A DNA stretch of 62,859 nt, filler included, from Rhabdomonas costata (Eukaryota), in assembly GCA_019059605.1 (NCBI GenBank). It is 18 parts of 18 records of this genome, joined end to end, with 100 filler letters (N's around TTAATTAATTAA, not from the genome) between each part and the next. Parts side by side here need not be neighbours in the genome. Positions count along the whole stretch, not along the records: positions 35,009 to 38,408 come from JAHMHO010000902.1; positions 38,509 to 41,903 come from JAHMHO010000903.1; positions 42,004 to 45,397 come from JAHMHO010000904.1; positions 45,498 to 48,892 come from JAHMHO010000905.1; 14 more parts are not named here. The stretch is one strand, 5' to 3'. The notes beneath the pieces are model-generated. The model was not told the origin of the DNA, searched no databases, and saw only the letters and a list, made by a program, of their open reading frames with translations. A program made the translations under genes and the position numbers. Shown one piece after another: positions 34,909 through 48,774 of this stretch; the stretch's first letter is position 1, and each line of letters starts with the position of its first letter.

Positions 34909-37900
34909 NNNNNNNNNNNNNNNNNNNNNNNNNNNNNNNNNNNNNNNNNNNNTTAATTAATTAANNNNNNNNNNNNNNNNNNNNNNNNNNNNNNNNNNNN
35001 NNNNNNNNGCAAGACAATACCGCAGCAAATTAGGAAAACCTCAACTGTCGTTTTTGTGGTGAAGCGGGACAGTCTGACATTTGACACCCCCCCCCTCTCA
35101 TATGAAATGTGAAAGATTGTTGGGCTGAAGTGGCTGAACTGATTCAGATGCCAGAGGTTTATGGCGAGCATATCAGCAGACCCCCTGTGCTGCAGACGCC
35201 ACCCATTACCATGTGACATTCCACGTGCAGGTGATTTTCATTAGCTCAATGCTACAGAGTCTTCCCATCCCCTCCTGACCTTTCTTCTCCGTACGCAATT
35301 ATGCTGTGTTGAATGGACTTTTTTGCAGTCGTCCCACACTATTTTTTGTTTTTGTTGGGTAGTTGTCGTGATTCGTGGCGCCTTCACCAGGGCGTTCCAG
35401 CTCTGCTTCTTGGCCTGCGGTCCAGCAAGTGTTTATCGACCTCACTCTTTGTGTGCGTGTGTGTGGGTGGGTGGGTGACCCCCGTCCCTGTGGTGAACCA
35501 ATGTCACAAAACTCCTCGCTCTTCAACCCTCTCGCCCGGCCCTCATCAATGGAAGGACGAGACAACACCGTATCCTCAGAGGTGCAAGCTTGACTTTCCA
35601 CTCTAATGTTTCCAGCGCTTTCGGGTTGAGTTCTATATTCTGTGTGGCCCCTCAAAGCTGGATCCGTTACCCCTCCGTCGCGAAGCCTGTTGACCCAAAT
35701 GGAAGGTCGAGGCGCCCATCAAGTCGTCAGGGCTTCGGTGTTTTTTCTTCAGGACTTTATTTTCTTGGGGTTTGAAAGTCAACCGCTTTTGTGTTTTTGA
35801 AGACCGCAGCGAGCTACGATTTGAAAAGGAGACAGGCAACGAGACGGTAGGAACTGCGGTGTGAGATCCCTGCAGAGGTTGGGCTGAAAAAACACGAAGT
35901 CCAGTTTGCTCGCGAGCGTGGCACAAGTCCAAGTAGCACAAGTCGTTGAAGAAGCGAATTCTGCCCTTCGGTTTTACACGTTTTTAACATGATGCAGAGA
36001 GCACGACCAGGTAAGGTTTCTGACAAGAGAACAAATAATTGCGCTGAGTTGCTCGTGATGTGAGAGAGGCCCAAGGTATTAGAAATATACAAAGGGCTGA
36101 ATCTTTCCACGACATCTGGTTTGCTGTTTCCATCACTCAGGTGTTCGGGATGCCGCAGACCACGGTGCGCTTCGCTAGCCTGTTATTTACCGCTTCTCAC
36201 GCCTTCGTTGTGAACCCACGCTGGCCACTTATGAATAAATAATTCATGTTTTTTTTAACGCACGACATCCAAACAAACAGGCACACCCAGGGTGCTGTGA
36301 ACTTGAGGGGCTCGTGCTGGTGGTCGTTGGTGACGCGCTGCTGCCTCCCCTGCACCAGGAAAACGGGTGTTTCAGCTTTGAAGTAATTCGGGCTCGGATT
36401 TCCTTACGCTGTCCTGGTTTTCTTTCTTTTCTCGAGCTCCACTCTTTTTTCCTCAGCGGCTTACGCTAATGGCGGTGGAGTCCGCAGGCGCACTCCCTGT
36501 TGAGCTTGTATGCCCTGCCTCCGCCTGCTTTCACCCAAACCCTTCTGCCAAACAGTTTCCTGGCCTGGCATCGAGGGATGAATGTTCGGGCACCTGCCTG
36601 TTTATCCATGCCACCGCTGCCACTGGGCACGAGAGACTTTTTGGGTGGGCCATGGTGCTGATTACCTTGTCAGTAGACTGAGCGATGGGGTCTAGCTTGC
36701 AGCGAGACATTAGACTTCAATTGACAAAATTCCACATACATAAAATTCCATAAAATTCCATAGTACTTATCTTTTTCACGAAGACGTCATATACTCTTTC
36801 AAAGCAACTTCACGAAGAGATTGGCGAAAAGGTTTGGATCTCTTGCATCCTCTCCTGCTGTTCTTTTCGCCCCGTCGTCTAATGTGGGGAGAGCAGTAAC
36901 TTTCATTCCAGTCCGTCGTGCCCTTGTTCCTCATCGTCGTGGGCTTGTGTAGTAATGCGAAACGTTTCTCGGCCTACTGCTCTCACGCAGGTACCAAGCC
37001 CACAGACCCCACCGACCCAGCCGTCTCCCAAGCCCCCCACGCAGCCTGTATGCCTTGCTTTGACGGAGCCGATTCTATGCTTGGAGTGTGGACGGCGTGC
37101 TGAATGCTCAAACTTTTTCTTTCGTTTTTTTACTTTCATAATGAGTAGGGCACCAGTGGCACACGCTGAACTTAGTTCCGCAGCGGTGGATGAGTAAGAA
37201 ACCTCACATTACAAATGGGACATAGCAAAAATGAAAGTGCGAACCGCTGAACCGGGAGCAGCATGGAACGAATGGATGAAGTGCACAGGCTGATACAACA
37301 GCAATCCAAACCGCCGGAATTCAGCTTTTGGGATTCCGTGCTTGGGTCATTTCCGGGGCCAAACGAGTCAGAGTAAGCCCGCGACGCCAGTGGGCCAGCC
37401 CTCTTGACGCTTACTCAGGTCAATTTTGTTGCCATCTTAATTATCTTAGTTTCTTTCGAAAATGTTCGAGAGTCCGTTTTGGGAATCGATTGGTAGTTTG
37501 AGATCGGGATTGAAGCCCCCCCCCCCGCCTTGTTCAATTCCCGCGGCTGTGGTTTCTTTAAATGGAATCAGAATCACCTGTCACAGTTTATTACCTCCCG
37601 CTCTGATAATGAATGAGCTTGGGGGCTTGAGAGGTTGCTTCCTTTATCCGTAGCCGCATCACTCTCCCAAGAGCTCCGCGCAGCAGCAGCCTGTCTCCAT
37701 CCTCTCCGTATGTCTCTCCCTCCCCAGCCGTTGTCACATTGCCTGCTTACCATTTGATCGCTACGCACATTGCTACCACCCGCTTCGCCCGAAAGAGGAT
37801 TGGGGGCGGAACAACTTTCTTTGTTATGAAGCGGTAAATCGGGGGTGAGCAGATGAAAACGCAGGAACATTCAACCGCTCAGCCCAAATTAGTCCTAGGT

Positions 37901-38726
37901 GCCAGGTACGCGTTCATTGGGTTTGATAACACTGCCAACAACCATTTCCCTCTCCTCTCCCCCCGCGTAATCGTTTTCTTTCTGCTTTTTTCTTTATGTT
38001 GTTGCGTCCGTCCATGGATCTCCACGCTGGAGTTAGGTTACTTGGGGTATCTGCTCTGAGATACAGTTGTGACCGCATAAGTTGCCAATAATGTGCGTGA
38101 AAGTTGTCAAAGGCATGCATGAGCCATTTTTGAACCTGTGATGATCGATGAGTTATCCACGGGTGATGCCCCCGCTATCCCATCAAGGGCAGGTCCAGAG
38201 TGAGTGGTCTATGCCCGACATCACGGCTTCATGGCCTGTGCCATGCTTGGTTTGAGATGCAGTGGTGTGCTCCCAATCTGTTTGCTTTCGCGTGTCCAGG
38301 CGCTACGGTCACCGAAGTTCGCCGCCACTTCCCAGCGAGAGCTACGTGCAACTATACACCCCGTACTGCGTGCCCCCCCCCCTCGCTTTGTTTGATTGTC
38401 CACCACTCNNNNNNNNNNNNNNNNNNNNNNNNNNNNNNNNNNNNNNNNNNNNTTAATTAATTAANNNNNNNNNNNNNNNNNNNNNNNNNNNNNNNNNNNN
38501 NNNNNNNNCAAGGGAGAGAAGGTTGAATCCAATCGAACTGAGCACAGGTTTGCATGATTTTGTTGGATTTTGACAGAATAGGCACAAGGTACAAAGGTGC
38601 ACAAAAGATCTGGAAAGGGGGGAAGGAAAGAGAGGGGGGGGGGTTAGAAAGATGGGCAGATGGGCAAGGTGGTTGTGGAATACCGGGCGACTCTGTGAGC
38701 AAGGAGATAATAAGGTAACGGCATGC

Positions 38727-41054
38727 CTGAGGTCTGGCCTCGGTCGTCATCGGGGGATTCCGAACGCGAAGAACGGCTGCGGCTGCGGCTGCGGTGTCGT
38801 GGGGTGACTCCGGGCTGCTCTCTTCTCGGTGGTGGCGGTGATGGTGGCTGTGGTTGCGGTGATGGTTGTGGTGGTGGTGGTGGTGGTGACGCCCGGAGTG
38901 ATGGTGGTGACGACGCCCGGAGTGATGGTGGGAATGGCTGTGGCTGTGCCTTCCGTGGTCGAAGTGCCGCGGAGGAGAGGCGGTTCGAGGGCGGATGGAG
39001 AAACTCTGAGGGATCTCCGCCGGGGCAGGCCGGGGAACTTCCACAAAAACTCTGCAAGGAAAAGAGAAAAGACAGGGGAGCGGAAAATACGTGAAACTGG
39101 CAGACCAAAAAATGCGAGGCAAAACTGAAAAAAGTCTAAATACAAAAAATAAAAAGCATTTCAAGAAAAAAGCCCGAGTATTGTCTTCTGAACCCAGTTG
39201 GAGGAACCCAAAATAACAAAAAGAAACGCACAGTAAAACCCAGCAAAATATCGACGTGCATTGCTAAGCCGAAGCAAGCCTGCGGTCTTGTATATACAGC
39301 AGGCCTCCCGAAAAGGTACTTGGCCGGTCCTTGGGGTCAGGTGTATGCTGGGGTGTCCTTGGTCGGTAGTTCACTGCACAGCACTGCACCACACGCGCTA
39401 CAAACACGTTCAATCGTTTGCAAGGAGGGTCATGTTGCAAGAGATCATATGTTCTCTGCTCTGCATGAAGCAAATAAAAATTCGACCCTCCTGCAGGCGC
39501 TTTTCTTCGCCCCTCTCGCTCGTGTTCTCTGCATGCACTCTTCGAACCCCATGTCCGCAGCGACACAAACACGCACTCACTTGCCAATCCTCCAAACTAT
39601 GAAAATTGCCGTTGATGCGCTGTCATACACGGACAGCTTGACAATTCTTATGTCGTATGCGAATGTGTGGGTTTAAATGCAAAAGAAAATTATCTTTTTG
39701 TACTCCCGGTAAGTTACAATGAACCATTGAACAGAGATCTTTTTTGATTTACGGCATTCCAAGAGAAAAATCACTGACTTACGGGGACTTCTCGTCTCGG
39801 TTATAATGTGGTGGTGACGCCTCGAAACATATTTGGCCACCAAAATCAATCAGGCGCGTCACCATGAACGCCTTCCCAAGTGGCGGGCTGTTGGGTGTGT
39901 CCTTGCGTATGCTGACCGACTGCCCTCGCGTAAGCATTGGGGAGCAGTCAACAGAGAGACAAAAAAGGCAAGCAGAAGGAACGAAAGGTGAAGCACATGC
40001 ATCCGCGACAAAACAAGCGAAAACCTTTCCACTCGAGGAGAGGCCCAGCAGGTTTCTGTGTTGACCGAGGCATCTGTGACGCAGATTCCTCGAGGGGGGG
40101 AATGCGCGAAGTCAGGACAAATTGCTACTGAAGCAGAGGCTCCGGTCAAAGAAGGTCGTGAGGGTTGCGGAGTGACTTGCACCGACGATGGCTGGGCAAA
40201 AGGAAGCTGCTGCGGACGAGTTGCCCAAACAGAGTCCAAAGCACACGGCTGAGCGGGGTGAACAAAAGTCGCGCTCGGCATTGGGCGAGTAAGGGCCTGG
40301 GCCAGAGACTGAAGCAAGCCAATCTCGTACTCCAATCGACAACGGGCTTCTGAATGAAGGGCCGCAACGATTCAAATTCTAAAGATTCAAAGAAAAATAG
40401 ACTCGCGAAAACTCCAAAACCTAGGCAGTTCTCAAAGACGACGCGGGAGAACGAAGGTGAAAACTTCTGAAGGCGAACATAAAAGAATCACGAGAACATC
40501 AATATCACACCTGACTCGGCGGAGGTGGAGAACGGAGTGTCCTTCACCTCAGAAGCAGCATCCCTGGCGGAACAAAATGGACCCTGTATCGTGTATGCTC
40601 GACGTGTTCGGGTGCGCCCCGAGAAGCAGGCTGGCAAGAGGCTCGGGTTTTGTGGTTTGTACGACGTTTTTTGCACCACCTACTCTACACAGACATGCTC
40701 AGCTGGGGTCTCTCGCCCCAAGTTTAGTGACCCCACCAATTATGGGTCCGCCATTTTGGAAATAAAAAAGGAGGTGCTCAGAAAAAAGGGAATAATTGGA
40801 AACAGGTAAAGGCCCCCACCTCAGCGAAGTGTGTAGTAAAAAAGCAAACACCCAAAAGTCCCAGTCCTCGCAAAGTATCAGCGCAAAAAAAACAGAGACC
40901 CTGAAAGACCGAAAGTTCGCGGGGTGAATGGCGCTGCCGTGCCCATGCCCATCACGGCTGGGATCCGCACGGGCTTCGGGCTGCATGGGCTGCGGCGAGC
41001 TTCCACAGGAGGAGGGGTTCTCAAGGTGTCCTCCACTACCGAGTTTTCTTTCTC
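38727..41054 (-). CDS. Uncharacterised low-complexity protein with a long poly-His tract, multi-exon fragment
   Basis: Approximate exons 41054-40910, 40349-40026 and 39051-38727. The phase-2 join SPRVER/VFVEVP selects the His-rich frame. The last donor is CAG/GCATGC. Confidence 0.6.
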
Positions 41055-43255
41055 CTGAAATATCTCGGTGGTTTGAACCTCCTGGAAAGTGACGAGTGAA
41101 GACGACAACCAAACCAAAGAGCACTCTTACACTTTTATTACGATCACGTCCGCACGCCTCCTTCTTTGAACTTCCTTCTTAAAAAGCTGTGAGTAGCACA
41201 CCACGTTATGTGTCCTCAATCTTAATTCATTTAGAAAAGGTGATCATTTGCTGAGTTCTGCTTCATAGTCCACAGTTTCAGTTTGGTAACGTATTCACAT
41301 AAAATGAGCTTTTTACTTGCTCAGAGGGCATCCACAGACCTTTAAAATCTCAGTTTGTGTTGAAGGTAATGAAGAAAAATGACTGCCCTTAGCATTATGA
41401 GGGCAAAGTCACACTATGCTAGTGAACATTTTTGTTAGGAAGTCACCAAGCGCATATAATGACTGCTGACTTCATCAACTTTGATCACACAATACAGTTC
41501 CACAAGAACATTTGCGTAGCTATCCCAATGTTATCTTTCAGTTGTGTAACCACATCTGAAATTGCAACCCTCTGGAAGCTAGGAGCACAGTGTTCGTTAA
41601 CTATAAATATTGTGTGCGTAGATTCATTCATGTTTAACCAACTGTACACACGTTTTCTAGTAGAGCTGGAGACTGATTTCTGGAATACATCTATCGAGTT
41701 TTATCAGTTTTCACGAAATAGTAAAGCTTTTTAACGTAATCCAAACAAAATGTTGAAGATTTAATTAAATAAACTCTCAGATCTTGGTTTTATTGAACTG
41801 ACAGTTTTACACTATTTTAAACAAAATTCAACTAAAACTTCCGTTTTTAACTCAACTTTTGGCAATTTATGCCATCGCAAGTGTGTACTACTACCACACC
41901 CCCNNNNNNNNNNNNNNNNNNNNNNNNNNNNNNNNNNNNNNNNNNNNTTAATTAATTAANNNNNNNNNNNNNNNNNNNNNNNNNNNNNNNNNNNNNNNNN
42001 NNNTGTGGTTGGGGTGAGGCATTTGCCACTCATATGCCCACACGGCCAGTTAATGGCATCAATTTCGACTGGATTGAATGGTTTTCGACTTTCTTTGCAA
42101 CTTTGCAACTTTCTCACCCTTATCTTGTCTAATGGCCCTTCTGCTTCTGGAAGGCTGACCACAGTGACCTCCAAAATGACGTCATCAAGGCCTTTTGCGG
42201 CATATTTGGCAGTTTTGTGGAAGAATAACGTGATATTTGCCCAGAAATGTGGGTAAAAGACATTTTGGAAGCAGTTTCAGGGTACAATTGGCCCCAGGAT
42301 GTGCTGAATGCCATTTTATTGGACAATATTTTCTCTCATGACCTTCTGGGCTTCGACAAAAATACCGCAAGGACACAATGACAGCACCCAGGCTGACCAA
42401 TTATTTTCCTGGAAAGCGCTGCTCGCATACAGGTGTTTGCTGCACTTACACCTCTAGAAGTGCAGTCCTATGGTTTGCTGCCAAGGGAGTGGCGGAACAC
42501 CTCTGGCGAAGCAACTCCAAAGACTGAGTTCCCCACACCCCTCATCCCACCTCCTCCTGTGTTGCCGAGTTGTCCACCCGACCCTTGAGGACTAATGCCC
42601 GTGAGCAGCGGGAATAGGAGCAGCAGCACGGAGAGAGCCACAGAAGCCCCACGTAGCAGCTACCCACCACCCACAGACACTCGGAAACCACCTGTTGGCG
42701 GAATGTGGCCAGGCGGAGCCCACAACGCCAAGGAATAGTCCGCATGGTACCCCCTTCTGGTTAAGACCCACCTCCACCAGAGGTTCCGCCCAGCACCACC
42801 CAAAAGCAGCAAAAATTAAACTTTTAAAGGTTTGTCCAACAGTTAAGAGTCGGAAAACCACTCCTTACAAATCCGTTCAGGACAAAATCCGGCGTAAAAA
42901 CCTCGTGTGAAAGTGTGTCACGAGCAGGGTTGGTAACCGGCTACCAGAATGGCTGCTCCGCACGGAAACCAGGAAACTAAGACCGAGTGATGCGGACCGC
43001 TGCTAGGTCCAATCCTCAACAATAATCGGGATAAAATACCCCATAGCGTTTCCACTGTAATGAAGCCATTCTTCATTCCCGGAGACCGCCAAGGAGCAAA
43101 ATGCAAGCAGGAGAAAAAGCGCCGCAACAAGCCAGTCTGGCACAAGGTGCCCTAGGTATGGAACGCCAAGCCCCTTGTGTCAAAGGATTCCGGTAACCGT
43201 GGTATGGTGGGACCGTCGCGGAAATTTCAATGTCAAAGCGGTTCCATTTTGATTT

Positions 43256-45300
43256 TTGGCTGTGCTGTTGCTTGCCTTCGTGCTCTTTGGTACGCTCTGT
43301 GAGATGCTTGCGGCGCAGCAGATGTTTTCCGAGCGCAGAGCCCAAGCCCAGCAGCATCTCTTCGAGCAGTTGGAATCATCATCACAGACAGACCAGCTCA
43401 AGTTGAGGGAGAAAGGATCTATGTCCACTTCCTACACAGGCAGCAAGGATCACTTCCTGCACTGGATCCTGGAGTTCCAGATCATTAAAGAGCAGCTGAA
43501 GCTTCCGGGTGCATTGGCCATCCAGTGTGCAATCATCACTTTGGTAGAACATGTCATTGGTCTGTTTACCATTGGCAAGGAGTTTGCGTCATGGGATCTG
43601 TTCTGCCAGTAACTCAAGCCCAGATTTCTCCATCACACAAATTAATGGAGTCTGATTTAGGAGACTGTAAACTGGAACATGAGAGGTAATTGGCCAAAGT
43701 TCCATTCAACAGTGCATACATACAAAATGTTCATTCAAGATCAGTTTCATCCTCATGATGCTGAACATGATCAAGTGTTTGGACAAATTTATTCAGAGGA
43801 AAGTGATGAAACACCCAAAGCCAAGCACACTCGATGAAGAAGTGGAGCGCGTGTGGGAAGATTTCCTGATTCTCTGCTCCGCAGGAGGCGTAAGCGCCGT
43901 TCTCGTTGCAACCAGGGCATCAATGGCCGCAACCGATGCAGTTGGATACGGGGAGGCACTCGCAGCTCACGTCCACACCCATGTCATCCAATATGGGCAG
44001 AGGTTGCAATTCAACGTCTTTTAGTGACGACCGGTCGAGCAAAAATTCGGAATGAGCTGCTATCCTCACATAGAGCTTTCGCAGGTCTTCATCTTGCAGC
44101 AATAACGCAAGCCTCGACGCGGAGATCTGCAGAGCTACAGGAAGCGAGACAAGAATATTGTTGCCACACAAACCCCCACTATCCTGCATCCTTCCATAAG
44201 TCTCGGAAATCCTCAGCTTCTTCCAGCTCCAGCAGACGACACTTATACCAGAGAGAGCGTACACATCTTCGAGAAAAAGATCGGAGAAGAGAAGGTAAAG
44301 ATTGCAGGGACACCGATACAGCAGAGATAGCGACAGACTGCGAAGTGGAGAGCGCATGGACAAAGTCGAACGCCGATCGTCGCCAAATTCCTCGCGTGAA
44401 TCCAGCGGGAGAGCCTGTTTTTATGCGGTGCGGAATACCATTGGCCTTCCACGTGTACCAAGAAGCGATATGATAAGAGAAGGTACGGGAAGAGCAGAAT
44501 TGAGAGGACACAGTTCGGCGTCCTCCTCTTCGAGGCAGTCGGAAAATGTGAGCTGCCGTTGAGTTGGGATTCATCAACAAAACAGTGTGTGCTCAGCACC
44601 CAACCGTGTCAGTGTGATAACGTATCTCCATTTATTGACATCTAGCATTATTTCCGACAGGGACACCAAGTTCACGAGCGCTTTCTGGAAGACCCTGTGC
44701 GTCATTATGGAAATCAAGCAGCGCATGACTTTCCAGTTCTATCCGCAGGCAAATGGCGCCGCGGAGAGAACAAACCAGGCAAGGAAGCGAACGATTTTAC
44801 TCGCCAAAATGCCCAAATCGGAAACACAGACCATAATTCTTGAACCTGTTCTTCCACCATAGCTTCTTTGACGTCACCAACTTCGACGAGGAGAGGTAAA
44901 CCGTCGAGAACACGGTGACGATCAAGAAATGGCTTGCTCAGCTGAACTCCAACTGGACTTTGTGTACCGTGCTCTGAACCGTAAAGGGTCAATGGCAGCG
45001 GATTTAGGCAACAGCAAGCGTGCCAATTATCAATTCGCGGTTGGGCATGACGTCTTGGTCAACCATGGGAAGCACCACAGGAACCAGCTGGGCCCCGCTG
45101 TTTACCTGGCACCAAAGGCCGTTGGTACTGACAATATCAAGAGGCAGATCACAAAACACAGATCACAGAACACCTTCGAGATTTACATCCCTGCCAATAT
45201 CCGGAAGAAGATGAGGCCAGTATTCTATTACAGCAATATGATCCCATTCGAGACGATGGATCTGGACCCGTTGACCAGCTTCCACCGCACGAACAGGCTG
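43256..45300 (+). mobile_element. Degenerate Ty3/Gypsy LTR retrotransposon (gag and integrase remnants; PR, RT and RNase H absent)
   Basis: Gag-like SYTGSKDHFLHWILEF..FASWDLFCQ*LKPRF; integrase SIISDRDTKFTSAFWKTLC..FYPQANGAAERTNQ (44644-44777); GPF/Y region FAVGHDVLV..LAPKAVG..NTFEIYIP..RPVFYYS. Stops and frameshifts present. Confidence 0.88.
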
Positions 45301-45639
45301 ATGACCCATTTCTTCAATTGGAAGAACAACTGGAGCTGGAACAAGCGCGGATGTTTCCGCTGGGAGATTACAATGTCACGGCTTATCAACAGCAAGANNN
45401 NNNNNNNNNNNNNNNNNNNNNNNNNNNNNNNNNNNNNNNNNTTAATTAATTAANNNNNNNNNNNNNNNNNNNNNNNNNNNNNNNNNNNNNNNNNNNNTGT
45501 GGTTGTGGAGCAGGCGCAGATTAACATGTCGCCACCTTTCTGCCACGACGCGGAATAGCCTGAATCCGGCATAATTGATGCTGCTGAAGCAATAGTATCT
45601 GGAATTCCGACTTGCTACTTTCCCGGTTCCACCGCCCAG

Positions 45640-47050
45640 GCGGCGACGACGACGGGGCCATGGTAGCTTGGTTTACCTGTGGGACTCCGGAGACCTCGCT
45701 GTTCTGGGAGTGCAAGCCCCTGCGGGAGCCCTTCGTCGCGTTTGAGGTGCAATCTGGTTCTCTGATCTCAGTGGCTCTCGCGCCGCGCCGGCTGCCAACC
45801 CTCACGGAGCTCGCTCGCCAGGCGCCGCCGGGAGGCACGGCGGAGCTCAGGGGAAGCCGGCTGACAGAGATCGCTGGCACCCTGCACTTCCCGGACTTCT
45901 ACGAGGTGGTGCTGGGGGATCACAACAACAGGGGCTGCTGCCTTCGCAGAGGAAAAGCCGGTGTGGGCGTGAGTGCATGGGTGAGGCACCAGAAGCAGTG
46001 TAGGAGGGCAGAAGGTTTTTGTCCTGTTAAGGGACCTTCAGCAGTAGTGAAACGTGCACAGAGCACGCACGCTCAGAAGTATCGTCAGAAGCTCCAGTTG
46101 GTATTATGTCAATGTTTTGTTGTGAGGCAAAGGTTTTGAGGGATGAACCCTGCCGAGAAGAGGGGGGAGGTGTGACGCAGTGAGGCACTGAGCAGACACA
46201 GAAGGGGTCTCATTGGGTGGGAAGCTCGAACAGAGCTCCCTTAATCAAACATGCTGTACTTTGTTGCTCATTGTTGGTGTGCGTTACAGCGCAATGAACA
46301 GGGACGACATCAGCGGCGGAAGTTTCTGCAGGGAACAGGTGAGATGGAAAAGCAGCCGAGTGAAGAGCCATGGGGAGTATGGCCCGCTTTTGTGCTGGCG
46401 AATGCATGCATGCTCAGGGTTGCGTATGCGACATTCGAAACTTCGCCTGACCTGTGATGCATAGTGCAGTTCTGCGGTGCTGCGCTGTTCAGCCTGCCGG
46501 TTGACTTGGATCGAGATGTAGCACCGGGCATGCTGGTGAGTCATCATCTGTATCATTCCCTCATCCATCCTGCTGTCTCTGATGTGCAGGTGTCGAGATT
46601 GCTCGAGGTATTCTTCCTACGGGTCTCAGCCCCCATCACTTTACCGGCTTTTGGATCCGAGTCAGCCCAGGCCTCGTGGAGGTTGGCTTGCGAGGCCACT
46701 CCGAACCCTTCCTCTCCGCGTCAGACCCCGAACTCAATCTTCGGGTTGGCTTCCTTGCCTTTCGAAGCGGTGCGTCTTTCGGATCTCGAGCCGCTCCATC
46801 CAGTGCAGTGTGGCGGTTCTACAAAAGAGCTGGGGCCCGGTGTCCCACCTTGGGCTGCACTGTGGTGTTCTCTTACAGCATTACAGGGCCCGCGGTTGTG
46901 GGGAAGCCATTCGAGATCACTGTCAATGGAATGAATCTGCCTCTGGCTGGGGATCGACTCAAGGTTGTGCCGGCAACTCAGTCTGGAACTGGGCCTCCCG
47001 TGGGTGGCTCAAGTGTGGTGACAAAACTTTCCGGGAGTTCCTCCGAGAGG
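45640..47050 (+). CDS. Uncharacterised multi-exon protein fragment
   Basis: Coding-like segments at about 45640-45980, 46470-46535, 46590 onward and 46879-47050, with AG/GT boundaries. No confident family. Confidence 0.45.
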
Positions 47051-48230
47051 GTCGCTTGTCTGACCTTCACAGAGACTGTCTTATTTCCTCTCATCGTATG
47101 GTATGCGCCTCGTTTCCAGCCCCATTACTCCGCGAACTTACTTTTAGTTTTCGTTCTTGAATCACAGTCTTTCACATTATCGCCGTTATCCTTTTGCTTT
47201 GAAAGTGAGTCACTGAGCATATGCTCTCAAGTACATGTTCCCGCTTGTGCTCCAGAAGCCCCTTTTTGTGAGGTTAGTTGCTGGGGGGGGGGGGTTCAAG
47301 TTCCGCTGCATCCCCAGAGCGGAAGTCAGGCTGTCAGCATCTCGCAAAGAGTTCCGCGGAGGCCCAAATGGGAGTCCCCTACACCGCTCCAGTACAGTCC
47401 ACTCCCCATGGCACGAAACCGCCAAAACCGCATTGGAGCCGCATTGGTGAGCTCCCACTGAACAACTGCTAGGACGAGGGCATGTGAAAGTTCGTGAAAG
47501 TGGGGCGAAAAAGAGCGCCCTCTGTGATCCCACAGATTTCCCTTCTTTGGAGATGGAAAAATATATTGCTTTTGCCGGGGCCGGCACGAAGCCATCTCCG
47601 CCCAAAACCTCATATTTTCTATGGAGCAGCAAATATAACAACCTAATCTCACCTCAAAACCACACATATCTTGTAAAAGAATCTTAGGACCTTAATATCG
47701 AAACCAAAACACGAAACAGAGCGCTAAAAAGCGGTAAAATTGACGCGGGGTTCAACTGTAGCCAACGAATACAAAACCAATGCTGTTCTTGGTTCGGTCC
47801 TTTCTTGAGCCGAGTGCCTGATCGATTCCGATCGTTGTTGTGCTGGTTGTTTCTCTCCTCGCAAGTGACCGATATTCAGCAAAAGGTTCCACAGCACAAC
47901 CACATCCACAACCACACTGAACAGAAATGAAAAAAATGAAGAAAAAACAGGAACAACAGTGCGCTGAGCATAAACTCCATAAACTCTGACATACTCCCCC
48001 ATGTCCCCAGTGGCAAGGTATATAACAAGACAAGCGACCTCCCTCGGATGCAGAGAAAGGGTCCGCTTTTGAAGAAAAGCATAATTGCCGCCCGCTCAAC
48101 GGAAACCACGCGCAAGAGACAACAGCGCGCCGACCATGCTCGATACACTTCATGGGTGGCGGTGTTGGTAAGAAGACAAAGGCAGGCAGGAAGGGTGGCG
48201 CAGAGGGGAGGAAGGGAGGTGGGGGCACAC

Positions 48231-48774
48231 CGCCAGCTTCTTCACCATCGCTCCAAAGTGCGCCTGGATGTCCGCAATCTCCTTGAACGGGCTGCGCCGA
48301 TCCTCACAACCCTCCAGGTGCATCTCCGCAACCAAACCCATCTGCACGCTCAGTCGCACAAGCGGAGTGGCAACCACAAATGAGATCCCCACAGCCGCCG
48401 CAGCGCTCAACAGCACCACTGCAATGAAGGTGAAGCCTAGGGTGCGGGCTGCCGCGGCGTTGATGTCGGAGAAGAGCTGCGTCAGCGAGACCACCGCGCT
48501 CACCTGCGCCGCACCCCATGTCCTCCCACATAATTGAACAAGTCTTAAAAAACTTTCTTGCCGAAAAATCCCGGACCGATTGGGGATAAGTCTCACAGCG
48601 TTGAATACTTGGCATATTGGAGATGCACCGCCCTCCTGCCAGCCCCCAGACGACTTGGTCAATGAGGCCTCGATCCTCCCCAGGGGGCAAGAACATTGCT
48701 CTCGCTCTCTCTGCGACCTTCTGCAGGGTGGTTGAATTCATGACCTCCCAGTATTCCTGAACTACATACATCTG
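48231..48774 (-). CDS. Transmembrane helix plus HAMP domain, receptor adenylate/guanylate-cyclase-like fragment
   Basis: Exon 48503-48231 encodes TM TLGFTFIAVVLLSAAAAVGISFVV then ATPLVRLSVQMGLVAEMHLE..SPFKEIADIQAHFGAMVKKL (HAMP pattern). Upstream exon about 48774-48640. The cyclase domain is not seen. Confidence 0.7.

Noticed and set aside
35009-38408. Several short AG..GT-bounded candidate exons (near 35390, 36457, 36991, 37653)
   Set aside because: No recognisable protein or verifiable frame, so a gene model cannot be supported.
42430-42960. Putative 5' LTR and primer-binding site (TGGTAACC) of the Gypsy relic
   Set aside because: There is no second LTR in the contig and no confident tRNA match.
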